A stretch of 64,000 nucleotides of DNA from Candidatus Zixiibacteriota bacterium (GTDB lineage Bacteria; Zixibacteria; MSB-5A5; UBA10806; 4484-95), in NCBI GenBank assembly GCA_037441845.1, contig JBBIRK010000007.1, positions 152,824 through 216,823 on the forward strand, in the 5' to 3' direction. Positions 9,799-19,432 of this stretch are shown piece after piece; the first letter of the stretch is position 1, and each line of letters opens with the position of its first letter. Below the pieces are notes generated by a model. It did not search any database, was not told the origin of the DNA, and worked only from the letters and a program-made list of their open reading frames with translations. The position numbers were made by a program, and so were the translations under genes.

Positions 9799-11190
9799 AT
9801 GAAATATGACTATGATATGATCGTGATCGGAACCGGCCCCTCGGGATTAAAAGCGGCAACAGCCGCCGCCAAATTCGGCAAAAAAATCGCGGTGGTGGAA
9901 AAGCGGGTGGTAGTCGGAGGCGTCTGCATTAACACCGGGACCATACCCTCGAAAACCATAAGGGAAGCGGTAATTAATCTCACCGGCTATTCCGAACGCG
10001 CTTTTTACGGTGTTTCGTATCGGGTAAAAGAAAAAATCACCGCCGAAGATCTGCTTTCGCGTTGCAATATGGTCATAGCCAGAGAGATCGAGGTGATCAA
10101 GGCTCATCTAAAACGCAGCGGAGTGGAAATGCTGCACGGCCAGGCCAGTTTTATCGATAACCACACGATCAACGTAGCCACCCCGATGGGGGATGCACAA
10201 TACACGGCCGACAAGATAATGATTGCCGTGGGAACTGTCCCGGCGCATCTGCCGGATTTGACGATAGACGACGAAATCACGCTCGACAGCGATTCGGTGC
10301 TATCGCTGAAAAAGTTGCCCCAAACCCTCACGATTATCGGCGGCGGCGTTATCGGTCTCGAGTATGCCTCGATATTCGCCACTCTCGGAATTCAAGTCAC
10401 GCTGACCGATCGACGCCAACAGCTGCTGAAATTCGTCGATCGCGAAATCGTCGATTCGCTGATTCACCAAATGCGGCAGGCCGGGGTGGTTTTCCGGCTC
10501 GGCGAGGAGGTGGACTCGGTGAAGGTGGAACGGGGGGAAAAGATTAAGGTGTTGGTTACTTTGAAATCCGGAAAAGTGATCCGTTCCGATATAATGCTGA
10601 TATCGTTGGGCAGGAAAGGCAATATCGACGGCTTGAATCTGGCTGCCGCCGGACTGACAGCCGACCATAAGGGACTGCTTAAAGTCGATCGCCATTTCCG
10701 CACCGAGGTCGAAAATATCTATGCCGTCGGCGATATCATCGGCTTTCCCTCATTGGCCTCGACCAGCATGGAACAGGGACGACAAGCCGCCTATCACGCA
10801 TTCGATCACTCTTGTCCGCTGTTGACGGGTTTTTTCCCCTATGGGATTTATTCCATTCCGGAAATATCTTATGTTGGGGAAAACGAGGAAACGCTTTCTG
10901 CCAAAGCGATCCCCTATGAGACCGGTATAGGCCGCTATCAGGAGACCGCCCGAGGTCAAATACTCGGCGATTTCACCGGTATGCTCAAGCTGATCGTCCA
11001 TAGGCAAAGCAAGAAATTGCTGGGAGTGCATGCCATAGGAACCGGTGCGACCGAGCTTATCCATATCGGTCAGGCGATTATCAGCCTCGGCGGCACGATC
11101 GATTACCTTGTGGATTCGGTCTTTAATTACCCGACCTTGGCCGAGTGCTATAAAATCGCCGCCCTCGATGTGGTCAATAAGCTCGAATGA
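9799..11190 (+). CDS. sthA: Soluble NAD(P)+ transhydrogenase
   Basis: GTGPSG FAD motif; GGVCINTGTIPSK (single Cys, typical of SthA); GGGVIGLEYAS; GFPSLASTSMEQGR; FNYPTLAECYK. Confidence 0.9.
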   Translation: MKYDYDMIVIGTGPSGLKAATAAAKFGKKIAVVEKRVVVGGVCINTGTIPSKTIREAVINLTGYSERAFYGVSYRVKEKITAEDLLSRCNMVIAREIEVIKAHLKRSGVEMLHGQASFIDNHTINVATPMGDAQYTADKIMIAVGTVPAHLPDLTIDDEITLDSDSVLSLKKLPQTLTIIGGGVIGLEYASIFATLGIQVTLTDRRQQLLKFVDREIVDSLIHQMRQAGVVFRLGEEVDSVKVERGEKIKVLVTLKSGKVIRSDIMLISLGRKGNIDGLNLAAAGLTADHKGLLKVDRHFRTEVENIYAVGDIIGFPSLASTSMEQGRQAAYHAFDHSCPLLTGFFPYGIYSIPEISYVGENEETLSAKAIPYETGIGRYQETARGQILGDFTGMLKLIVHRQSKKLLGVHAIGTGATELIHIGQAIISLGGTIDYLVDSVFNYPTLAECYKIAALDVVNKLE

Positions 11191-11367
11191 AGCGAGCTGC
11201 TTTCTCTCGAACGCGTAACTTCACCATAAGAGCGGCACTATCGCCGGCACGGCCGACTTCAATGCAGCGCGGCGGGGAGTCATTCCCCCACGTTGCATGA
11301 ACAAAACCACTCGACAGCGGCGCAAATCGACCGAAACGGAGATACCGCCGATGACCACGATCGGATT

Positions 11368-12744
11368 TTACAGGCTCCTGATTTTATTGCGTCCGGACTT
11401 GACCTTTTTGGTGGCATTGCGTGTATCGACAATCAGACGCGAGTTGTCGACTATCCATTGGTAATCGTAAGTCGAATGATCGGTGACGATCAATACGCAA
11501 TCGAATGCGGCCAGCGCCGGGGCCGTAAGCCTGACCGAATTGGACCGCAAATTACCATCGAGGCGAATCGACGGCACGTGCGGGTCATTGTAGGCGATAT
11601 CGGCTCCCTTTTCCATCAGCAGCTTTATCACATCCAACGCCGGTGATTCGCGGACATCCGAAATATCTTTTTTGTAAGCCACTCCCAGCACGAGAATTTT
11701 CGATCCCTTGAGCGATTTTTTCTGTTCGTTCATCGCCGACACGACCTTCTCCACCACATATTCCGGCATGTGTGAATTGATGTCACCGGCCAGCTCTATA
11801 AACCTGGCGTAATAATTAAGGGATCGGAGTTTCCACGACAGATAATGGGGATCAATCGGAATGCAGTGACCGCCCAGACCCGGACCGGGATAAAATTTCA
11901 TGAATCCGAACGGTTTGGTGGCGGCCGCGTCGATCACCTCCCAGACGTTTATTTTAAGCTTATCGCACATCAAAGCCACTTCGTTCACCAACCCGATATT
12001 GACCGAGCGAAACGTGTTCTCCAGCAACTTGACCATCTCGGCGGCCCGGGTGGAGCTCACCGGAATAACCTCGGTGACGATCTGACGGTAAAGCAGCTCG
12101 GCGATTCGGGTGCAAGTCGGCGTGACTCCGCCTACGATTTTCGGCGTGTTGTGGGTGTTATAGTTCGGGTTTCCGGGATCGACCCGTTCCGGCGAAAAGG
12201 CCAGGAAAATATCGATACCGGCGCGGAAGTTTTTATGTTCGAAAATCGGCAGCACCAATTCCTCGGTGGTGCCCGGATAGGTCGTCGATTCGAGAACGAT
12301 CAATTGCCCGGGATGAAGATACTTTTCGATCTCCGAAGCCGCCGCCAGAATATAGGAGACATCGGGATCTTTGGTCTTATTAAGCGGGGTAGGGACGCAG
12401 ATCGAAACGCAATCGCAGTTTTTCAGATGAGAAAAGTCGGTGGTGTTCTTCAACCTTTTCAGGTCGACCAGTTCTTTCACCTGATAATCCTTGATATCGT
12501 CCACGTCGGATTTTCCGGAGTTAAGGGTCTTGATTTTTTTGGGGTTGATATCGATGCCGATCACCTTATAGCCGACCCGGCCGAATTCTACCGCCAGCGG
12601 CAGACCGACGTATCCCATACCGATAATTCCTATCACCGCGGTGCGGTCAAGGATTTTTTCCTCGAGTTTTTTGGCAGTGTCCGGGGGCCTGGAAACACGG
12701 CCCGAAGATGCCGCTGCCTTTTTTCCTGATTTGGTGGGTGTCAT
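11368..12744 (-). CDS. Nucleotide-sugar (UDP-GlcNAc/ManNAc) 6-dehydrogenase, WbpA/WecC family
   Basis: GMGYVGLP; CVPTPL; ESTTYPGTT; FSPERVDPG; KLLENTFR; GLGGHCIPIDP; DVRESP. Confidence 0.9.
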   Translation of the reverse strand: MTPTKSGKKAAASSGRVSRPPDTAKKLEEKILDRTAVIGIIGMGYVGLPLAVEFGRVGYKVIGIDINPKKIKTLNSGKSDVDDIKDYQVKELVDLKRLKNTTDFSHLKNCDCVSICVPTPLNKTKDPDVSYILAAASEIEKYLHPGQLIVLESTTYPGTTEELVLPIFEHKNFRAGIDIFLAFSPERVDPGNPNYNTHNTPKIVGGVTPTCTRIAELLYRQIVTEVIPVSSTRAAEMVKLLENTFRSVNIGLVNEVALMCDKLKINVWEVIDAAATKPFGFMKFYPGPGLGGHCIPIDPHYLSWKLRSLNYYARFIELAGDINSHMPEYVVEKVVSAMNEQKKSLKGSKILVLGVAYKKDISDVRESPALDVIKLLMEKGADIAYNDPHVPSIRLDGNLRSNSVRLTAPALAAFDCVLIVTDHSTYDYQWIVDNSRLIVDTRNATKKVKSGRNKIRSL

Positions 12745-12832
12745 TTAATCTCCTATCGATAGGTGTTTATAATTTTCATATGGCGTTTGATCGCCTTAAG
12801 CGGAAAATATGACTTTCGACAAGCGAAACAGG

Positions 12833-13792
12833 CTATTCTTTCAAACTGTTCAGCCAATACTCGTACATTTCTTTCAGGGTTAATTTGATATCCCTCATCG
12901 GACGCCAGCCGGTGTCTTTCGTCAATTTTTCGCAAGAGCCTATCAAAATCGGAATATCGACCGGACGCAGGCGCGATGGATCTTCGATAACCGCGATCTT
13001 CTTGGTCGAAAACGAGATGATCGTTTGCAAAAGTTCCTCCAAGCGATAGCCGATGCCGGAACAGACATTATAAGCCTCTCCCGGAACACCTTTCTCGATT
13101 ACGGCCAGATAAGCCTCAATCGTATCTTGAACATCGGTGTAATCGCGGGATACCTTGAGGTTGCCGACCTTGATCTGCGGCGCCGCCAGACCCAATTCGA
13201 TTTTTGCGGTCTGAAAAGCCCAATCCGACAGCACAGCCTGAGTTCCCTGGGCCGGTCCGCAATGAGAAAAAGCGCGCACACGGTAAACCGGCATTTTATA
13301 GGCCTTGAAATACTGATATCCGAGCATATCGCATGCGGCTTTGGAAACTCCATAGGGATTGACTGGAACCAGAGGAGCGGTTTCACGCACCGGGACATCA
13401 TCGGGACCCAGCTGGCCATATATTTCCGAGGACGAAACCAGCAGCACTTTTGCCTGACGTTTAAGACGCACGACCGATTCGAGCAGATTAAGCGTTCCCA
13501 TAACGTTGACCGCGAACGTCTGCGTAGGATTTTCGAAAGAAAGTTTCACCGACGACAGCGCCGCCAGATGAAATACCACATCCGGGGAATGACGCCGAAT
13601 CGTCCAGGAAAGCTTGTCGAAATCGCAAAGGTCACCCTCGGTAACCTGTATCTTGGTGGGGAATACGCCGTCTTGAATATCTTGCGCGAGAGCGAATCCC
13701 GCCACCTCGTGGCCGCTATCGAACAGCCGCCGCGCCAAATGTCTTCCTACAAATCCGAAAATCCCGGTAACGAAAGTTTTCATTTTCGGCAA
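12833..13792 (-). CDS. GDP-sugar dehydratase/reductase (Gmd/Rmd-like extended SDR)
   Basis: VTGIFGFVG; HLAALSSV; SSSEIYG; PYGVSK; GNLKVSRDYTDV; RLRPVDIP. Confidence 0.85.
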   Translation of the reverse strand: MPKMKTFVTGIFGFVGRHLARRLFDSGHEVAGFALAQDIQDGVFPTKIQVTEGDLCDFDKLSWTIRRHSPDVVFHLAALSSVKLSFENPTQTFAVNVMGTLNLLESVVRLKRQAKVLLVSSSEIYGQLGPDDVPVRETAPLVPVNPYGVSKAACDMLGYQYFKAYKMPVYRVRAFSHCGPAQGTQAVLSDWAFQTAKIELGLAAPQIKVGNLKVSRDYTDVQDTIEAYLAVIEKGVPGEAYNVCSGIGYRLEELLQTIISFSTKKIAVIEDPSRLRPVDIPILIGSCEKLTKDTGWRPMRDIKLTLKEMYEYWLNSLKE

Positions 13793-13885
13793 CCCTTATC
13801 CGCTTCGGTCCGATAAAGTCAGTTAATATAATGCGAAATTTCCATTATGAAAGACAATAATATCGGAAGCGGAAGGCAAGGATTT

Positions 13886-13908
13886 AAAAAGGCCGCTTCA
13901 TGCGGCCC
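13886..13908 (-). terminator. Rho-independent terminator of the 13932-14558 gene
   Basis: Minus strand GGGCCGC-ATGAA-GCGGCC followed by TTTTT. Confidence 0.7.
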
Positions 13909-13931
13909 TTGAAAACCATAACACCAAAAAT

Positions 13932-14558
13932 TTATCGATCATATGATTTGATCATCGACAACACGTTCTGCAGCGAACTCGATACGTTGGAGAGAACCTT
14001 GGAATAACGCTTCAGCAACTCGGTATATTGCCAACGCATGGCGAACGCTTTTTCCGGAAACTCGAATATATCCAGCAGGACTTTCTTGTAGATTTCATCC
14101 ATATATTGAAGCACGTAGAACGGATAATCGGGAATGTTGGGGTCTTGAGCCAATCCCTTGGAAATCCGGTCGCGATAAATTTCGATTTTTTCGAGCACCA
14201 CGGTTCCGAAACACCAGGGAGTCATTATGGAACTGATATTCGAGCTGTCGGTGTAATAATACTGGATATTTTTCAGCAACTGCTCGATAATGATTTTCTT
14301 GGCTCTGAAAAATGCGAGTGTTTCCTCGTACTCGGGCGGCGTGGCCGCTATCTTGTCGTTGACGACTTTCAGGTCTCTTAGCGCCCGGGCTTCGGTTTTC
14401 TCGAGAAACTTATAAAAATCATCGAAATATACTTTTACATTTTCGCTGGTGGTATAAGTGTAGGCTCCGCCCTCGTCCCGACCCAATCTCGGGTCTTTGG
14501 TTTTTCTTATTACTTCTTCGGTGAATCCTCGTTGTAAACCATTCGAGAGCATTGTCAT
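13932..14558 (-). CDS. Hypothetical cytoplasmic protein (208 aa, probably helical)
   Basis: SD AGAGGAG, protein-like composition, own promoter and terminator; no family recognised. Confidence 0.75.
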   Translation of the reverse strand: MTMLSNGLQRGFTEEVIRKTKDPRLGRDEGGAYTYTTSENVKVYFDDFYKFLEKTEARALRDLKVVNDKIAATPPEYEETLAFFRAKKIIIEQLLKNIQYYYTDSSNISSIMTPWCFGTVVLEKIEIYRDRISKGLAQDPNIPDYPFYVLQYMDEIYKKVLLDIFEFPEKAFAMRWQYTELLKRYSKVLSNVSSSLQNVLSMIKSYDR

Positions 14559-14590
14559 CTCCTCTGGTTGCCCCTTTTGATCCGCATCAA

Positions 14591-14606
14591 TGCAAATCGT
14601 ATGCCA
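14591..14606 (-). promoter_or_regulatory. Sigma-54 (-24/-12) promoter
   Basis: Minus strand TGGCATACGATTTGCA has exact GG-N10-GC spacing, about 30 nt upstream of ATG 14558. Confidence 0.75.
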
Positions 14607-14882
14607 TAAGCGCCCCCGGGGCGGCTGGTTTTTCCCCTCCCCCTCACCCGGCCAACGCCTTATCGCCTAACACCTTGCCAACCCCCAAACAATGAGGCGT
14701 CACCAGTATCGAAAATATAACGCCTATTGCGGCAAAAGGCAAATCAAAAGCGCAACCAACATGAATATTATTGCACTTCGATTGCATATAGGAATCGAAC
14801 ATATTCATAATGGATTATGCTGCACCATAAATCCCTTTCCAGGAGTTCAACTTGACTCGAATATCAGATCTGTATCATCGAC

Positions 14883-15539
14883 CTATCCTTCTATCGCCGA
14901 TCGGATTTCGGCCGCCGAGGTTATTTTGGCGAATCCGAAAGCCAAGTTCAAAAGCGAGGCCAGATGCATCTGCTCGTTGACCGATCCGGTGCAATCGGCC
15001 AGGAAAAAGACGCGGTAATCGCGATAGTAGGCATCGCGGGCGGTCGATTCACAGCACATATTGGTCATTATTCCGGTAATGACGATATCCTCGATTTTAA
15101 GGCACCTCAAGATCGTTTCCAGATCAGTGTTGTAGAACGCCGAGTAGCGATGTTTCGACACCACTTTCTCCGACGGGAGCGGCTTCAGTTCGTCATGCAC
15201 GTCGCTTTCCGGGGTCCCCTCGATACACATCCCCTCCCACCACCATTCCATAATGCCGGCGTCGATTTTGCCAGGGTGGTGGACATGCTTGGTGAAAATG
15301 ACTGGTCGGCCGGCGTTACGGAAAGCATTTATCAGCATTTTGATATTGGGAATGATCGCCAGGCCACCCTCGGTGAACGTCGGCATGGAAGAGTCGAGAA
15401 AGAATTTCTGCATATCTATCACCAGCAAGGCAACCGCTTTTTTATTCAGGGTCATCGGATGACTGTTGTAGGGTGCGATCCGCTCGAGCCATTCCGCTGT
15501 CTTATGATCGAGGTTTTCTTTGGTAACGTAGTGGCCCAT
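14883..15539 (-). CDS. Isochorismatase-family cysteine hydrolase
   Basis: LLVIDMQ; KHRYSAF; GIMTNMCCESTARDA. Confidence 0.9.
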   Translation of the reverse strand: MGHYVTKENLDHKTAEWLERIAPYNSHPMTLNKKAVALLVIDMQKFFLDSSMPTFTEGGLAIIPNIKMLINAFRNAGRPVIFTKHVHHPGKIDAGIMEWWWEGMCIEGTPESDVHDELKPLPSEKVVSKHRYSAFYNTDLETILRCLKIEDIVITGIMTNMCCESTARDAYYRDYRVFFLADCTGSVNEQMHLASLLNLAFGFAKITSAAEIRSAIEG

Positions 15540-15614
15540 GATGTGTTCCTCCTTAAAAAATACGACCGTTTCTTGTCATGGGAATGTACACCTGATCAGC
15601 GGATCAGGACATTC

Positions 15615-16613
15615 TTATTTATAATATTTTCTGTATGGAAATACCGACAGCAAGCCACCGGTATGAATGAAAACCACTTTGGTCTCAGGCTCGATTCGGC
15701 CTTTAATGACGTAATCGAAAAGGCCGAACATCGCTTTCGCCGTATATGCCGGATCGAGCACGATCCCATTGTGCCGCGCTATCCCTTTTATGAATGACGC
15801 CTCGCGATCGCCGATTTTCGCGTAGCCGGGTCCGATATAAGCGTCATCTATCTCGATATCCGATATGCTCGGCTTAAGGCGAAGATCGTATTTATCGACG
15901 AATGCGTGGGCGAGATCGGCTATCCGTTTGGTAAAATAAAGACAATCCCTGCTGACGGCGAACCCGATCAGTCTGACCGGCCACTTAAGATACAACGAGG
16001 CCAGATATAAGCCGCAATATGTGCCGCCGGAGCCGACCGCGCAGACAAGCGTATCCGCCTTTATCGATGCCTTATCCAGCTGCTTTTTCGTTTCGATGCC
16101 GGCCAGAAAGTATCCCCAAACACCCAGCGGATTTGAGGCACCCTCCGGAATTATATAAGGCTTGCGCCCTTTGCGGGACAGTCGGGCTGCATGCTCTTTC
16201 AGTATGGAATCGATATCGGATTCATATTCGCATTCGCTTACAAAATGCAACTCGGCGCCGTACAACGTGTCGAGAAGCAGGTTGCCATCGGGGACCGCGG
16301 GCTTTTTCCCTTTCAGGACCAGGTGGCATCCGAGGCCGGCGCGGGCGGCTAAAGCGGCGGTCGCGCGGCAGTGATTGGAGCCGACTCCGCCGCAGGTTAT
16401 CAATGTATCGTGCCCGCCTTTGAGCGCGTCATAAAGGATAAACTCGAGCTTGCGGATTTTATTGCCGGAGAGTTCGGAACCGGTTAGGTCGTCCCGTTTA
16501 ATGAAGATGTCGATTCCGGAATCGGGAGCCGGCGATAAGCCGAAATGCTCGATCGGCGTGGGCAGCATCGCCAACTGAAACCGCGGCGGCGGATTGAGCT
16601 TTTTGGGCGGCAT
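15615..16613 (-). CDS. D-cysteine desulfhydrase/ACC deaminase family PLP enzyme
   Basis: IKRDDLTG..SGNKIRKLEF; GGVGSNH; PEGASN; GSGGT; LDPAYTAKA; HTGG. Confidence 0.88.
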   Translation of the reverse strand: MPPKKLNPPPRFQLAMLPTPIEHFGLSPAPDSGIDIFIKRDDLTGSELSGNKIRKLEFILYDALKGGHDTLITCGGVGSNHCRATAALAARAGLGCHLVLKGKKPAVPDGNLLLDTLYGAELHFVSECEYESDIDSILKEHAARLSRKGRKPYIIPEGASNPLGVWGYFLAGIETKKQLDKASIKADTLVCAVGSGGTYCGLYLASLYLKWPVRLIGFAVSRDCLYFTKRIADLAHAFVDKYDLRLKPSISDIEIDDAYIGPGYAKIGDREASFIKGIARHNGIVLDPAYTAKAMFGLFDYVIKGRIEPETKVVFIHTGGLLSVFPYRKYYK

Positions 16614-16684
16614 GAATCAATATAATAAATGCGGGTAAATTATGGCAAGCAGGAATGCCCTGCCCCTAACGACCGAATTTTATT

Positions 16685-18127
16685 TCAACGCAGCAAAAGC
16701 ATCCGCCGGGTGATTGATTTATCGTCGGATATGAGTCGGTAATAATATAGTCCGGATGCCGCAGCGCCGCCCGATTCGCTGTCGCCGTACCAAGTGAATC
16801 GATGCATCCCTGCACCGAGCTCATTATCGACAAGTTTTCTGACCAGCCTTCCCTGTATATCGAAAATTTCCAATTTCGCCCTTTGCGCGCGGGGAATCGT
16901 TATCGTGATGTTGGTGGAACTGTTGAAAGGATTGGGAAATGCCTGATACAGGTCAACGGCATTCGGAGCCGTGTCACTCCGATTGCCGCTGCGCAAGGCG
17001 CGCACTATTTCTTTCAACGCGGCCACGAAGTCCCTCATTTCCGCCATAGTGCCGCAGGATACTCTTATGAAGCTGCTCATCCCCCAGCCGGTTCTGACAT
17101 AGATACCGCGATTGGCAAGTTGCGTGCGCACGTAATCTCCCTCGCCCACATCGACCATGAAAAAGCTGGTCGTCGAATCGATGCAAACAATACCGGCCTC
17201 TTCGAATTCGCGCAAGCAGTAATTTCTGGCGTTCCGGGCGTGCGCCACCGAATCGACTACGTGTTGATTATCGCCCAAGGCCGCTCGAGCGGCCTCGAGA
17301 GAAAGCCTGGAGACAGTCGCAGATATCTGCTTGGCTCTGATCTGACTGATTCGGTTGGCCGGGCCTATAGCATAACCGATCCGGGCTCCGGCCAAACCAT
17401 GAACCTTACTGAACGTTTTCACCACGATTACGTCTTTGCCCTGGCGAACCATATTTATCGCCGAGGGGATCTGCGGATTGTCGATATATTCGAAATAAGC
17501 CTCGTCAATAATGGTTAAAACCCCCGAAGGGAGGCTGTCGACGAAATCGACAAGGCTCTGGCTGTTCAGGAACGTCCCTGTCGGATTGTTCGGGTTCGTG
17601 ATACATACGCAGGTGGTATTGCTGTTCACTTGGCTGCGCGCGGCGGCCAGATCGACGACGTAGTTGCCGGTCAAATTGCTGTAGCGGACGGTGGCGCCGA
17701 ACAGCTCGGCATCTCCCATGAATTGGGTATACGAGGGATAAGGCGCAACCACGTTTCGGCCGGGAGGAGCGAACGCCATGGCGCACAACCGTAGAATTTC
17801 GGTGGCCCCGCAACCGCAGGTTATCTGGTTGGGGGAGACCTGATGATAAGAGGCAAGACTTGAAACAAGCGATTCCGCATACCAATCGGTGTAGCGATGA
17901 GCCAGGGGAGCCTGATCGATGATCGCCTGTATGGCCGCAGCCGACGGGCCGAGAGGATTTTCGTTATAGCATAATCTTCCGTTGTAGTCGGTGGTGATAT
18001 GCCCGCCCGGGCTGTCCTCGGCAACAGCCCGGCGGTCGGAATTCAACAATGCAAGTGCGGCCGCGCCGGTCAGGGTTCCCATAAATCGGCGCCGGCTTAA
18101 ATCGTTGTTCATATAACTCGTAGGCAT
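16685..18127 (-). CDS. Tat-signal HisC-like class I/II aminotransferase fused to a C-terminal PNPFN sorting domain
   Basis: ATG 18127 after GGAGG; SRRRFM...AVA Tat leader; NENPLGPS, NPNNPTG, IDEAY, KTFSKVHGLAGARIGY; tail AFPNPFNSST...IFDIQGRLV...SGLYYYRL...RMLLLR. Confidence 0.85.
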   Translation of the reverse strand: MPTSYMNNDLSRRRFMGTLTGAAALALLNSDRRAVAEDSPGGHITTDYNGRLCYNENPLGPSAAAIQAIIDQAPLAHRYTDWYAESLVSSLASYHQVSPNQITCGCGATEILRLCAMAFAPPGRNVVAPYPSYTQFMGDAELFGATVRYSNLTGNYVVDLAAARSQVNSNTTCVCITNPNNPTGTFLNSQSLVDFVDSLPSGVLTIIDEAYFEYIDNPQIPSAINMVRQGKDVIVVKTFSKVHGLAGARIGYAIGPANRISQIRAKQISATVSRLSLEAARAALGDNQHVVDSVAHARNARNYCLREFEEAGIVCIDSTTSFFMVDVGEGDYVRTQLANRGIYVRTGWGMSSFIRVSCGTMAEMRDFVAALKEIVRALRSGNRSDTAPNAVDLYQAFPNPFNSSTNITITIPRAQRAKLEIFDIQGRLVRKLVDNELGAGMHRFTWYGDSESGGAAASGLYYYRLISDDKSITRRMLLLR

Positions 18128-18475
18128 CGGGACCTCCGCTCTGCCGAGTGTCATCAATCAACGGGCGATATGAATGCAGACTATTCTGCAATGGAATATA
18201 AAGCCATATTGCAATAAAAAGTCAATTTAATACTTGAAGGCGAATCAGGTTGCCGGGGTCGATCCCCTGACGACGCAATCGACAATGACGGCGGCGAATT
18301 ATTTACTGGCAGGATATTGAAAGCAGCCCTGGGCAGGCACCATTGGGAATCGCAATGGATCGGCCGGCCAGATTTTCTTGATGTGGATTACGGGCGATAG
18401 GCAAACGCTATGTTTTAGGGCGCAAGGGGGCGCCGAATCGCATCGTGACAATCCGGCTAACAGCCGATAGGCAGC

Positions 18476-19110
18476 CTAAAGGTCCAGCCATTCGATTCGG
18501 CCGTTTTCCACGCGATAAAGAGCGCCCTGCAGCCGGATGCGACCGCTTGCCGAAAGAGATTTTCGATTATTTTGCCGCAGGCGAGCAGATTTTCGATCGC
18601 CAAGCCTATATTTTCGATAATCATTTTGTCGATCAATTCGTCGCCGTCATTTGTAAGGCACGTTTTCTTCGCCCTGGCCACCGCCGGCCTTATTTTTTCC
18701 AATATAACGGCCACGGCTTTATTTTTCCCGCCGCCCTGGCAAGCCGCCTTTACCGCGCCGCAGCGGGTGTGCCCGAGAACCACGATCAGCGGCACCGCCA
18801 ACGCATCGACCGCGAATTCGAGCGAGCCGAGCTCGTCCTCCGAACAGATATTCCCGGCCACCCTGACCACGAATAGGTCTCCGACGCCGACATCGAATAT
18901 ATGCTCGACCGGCACCCGCGAATCGGAGCAAGTCAAAACGGCCGCAAACGGCTTTTGGCCCTTGCGGAAGGTTTCGGCCATTCTATATTTTGACAGATGC
19001 GGCAAGATGCGCTTTTGATTCAAAAATCGATTATGACCTGCCTTCAGTTTTCGCAAAGCTCCATCGGCCTCAATCGAGATTGACCGCATTTTCTTCATCA
19101 CTTCATACAC
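18476..19110 (-). pseudogene. Beta-class carbonic anhydrase with a frameshift near 18555 (or a sequencing indel)
   Basis: Zn motifs CSDSRVP and GHTRCGAV are intact. The canonical C-terminus SGRIRLQGALYRVENGRIEWLDL* lies in a different frame, ending at 18476. Confidence 0.8.
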
Positions 19111-19370
19111 CTTGTTGCGATAGCTCTTTTCGTTGCTTTCGGCCGACTCGTTTCTTATCGTTTAACACTAATAACAAAAGTCCAATTTACCCCCGTGGAA
19201 AATCTTTTCCTGCACATATTGCTTATCGATTCCCCGCCGTACCAATCTCGATTTTCTTGAGAGGCAGATCGAGGAGTCCAGCCTCGGACTTCATTTGGAT
19301 GGTCTCTTACAAGCCCGCATCCCGCCTATCGTCGGCGAAATATATTGCACGATCTTTTTTTGACAAATCC

Positions 19371-19403
19371 AAAACGAAAGCCCTCGGGAACATCGAGGGC
19401 TTC
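19371..19403 (-). terminator. Rho-independent terminator after the porin gene
   Basis: Minus strand GAAGCCCTCG-ATGTTCC-CGAGGGCTTT then CGTTTT. Confidence 0.65.
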
Positions 19404-19432
19404 AAAGCAATAAGTGGCAATTTGCGCGGGGT

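Noticed and set aside
11262..11350. Hairpins resembling a riboswitch (GCAAATC...CCGAAACGG)
   Set aside because: They lie between convergent genes and lack the full c-di-GMP-I consensus; probably 3' stability or termination structures.
11845..13816. 294-aa and 263-aa plus-strand ORFs
   Set aside because: Antisense to well-supported nucleotide-sugar enzymes.
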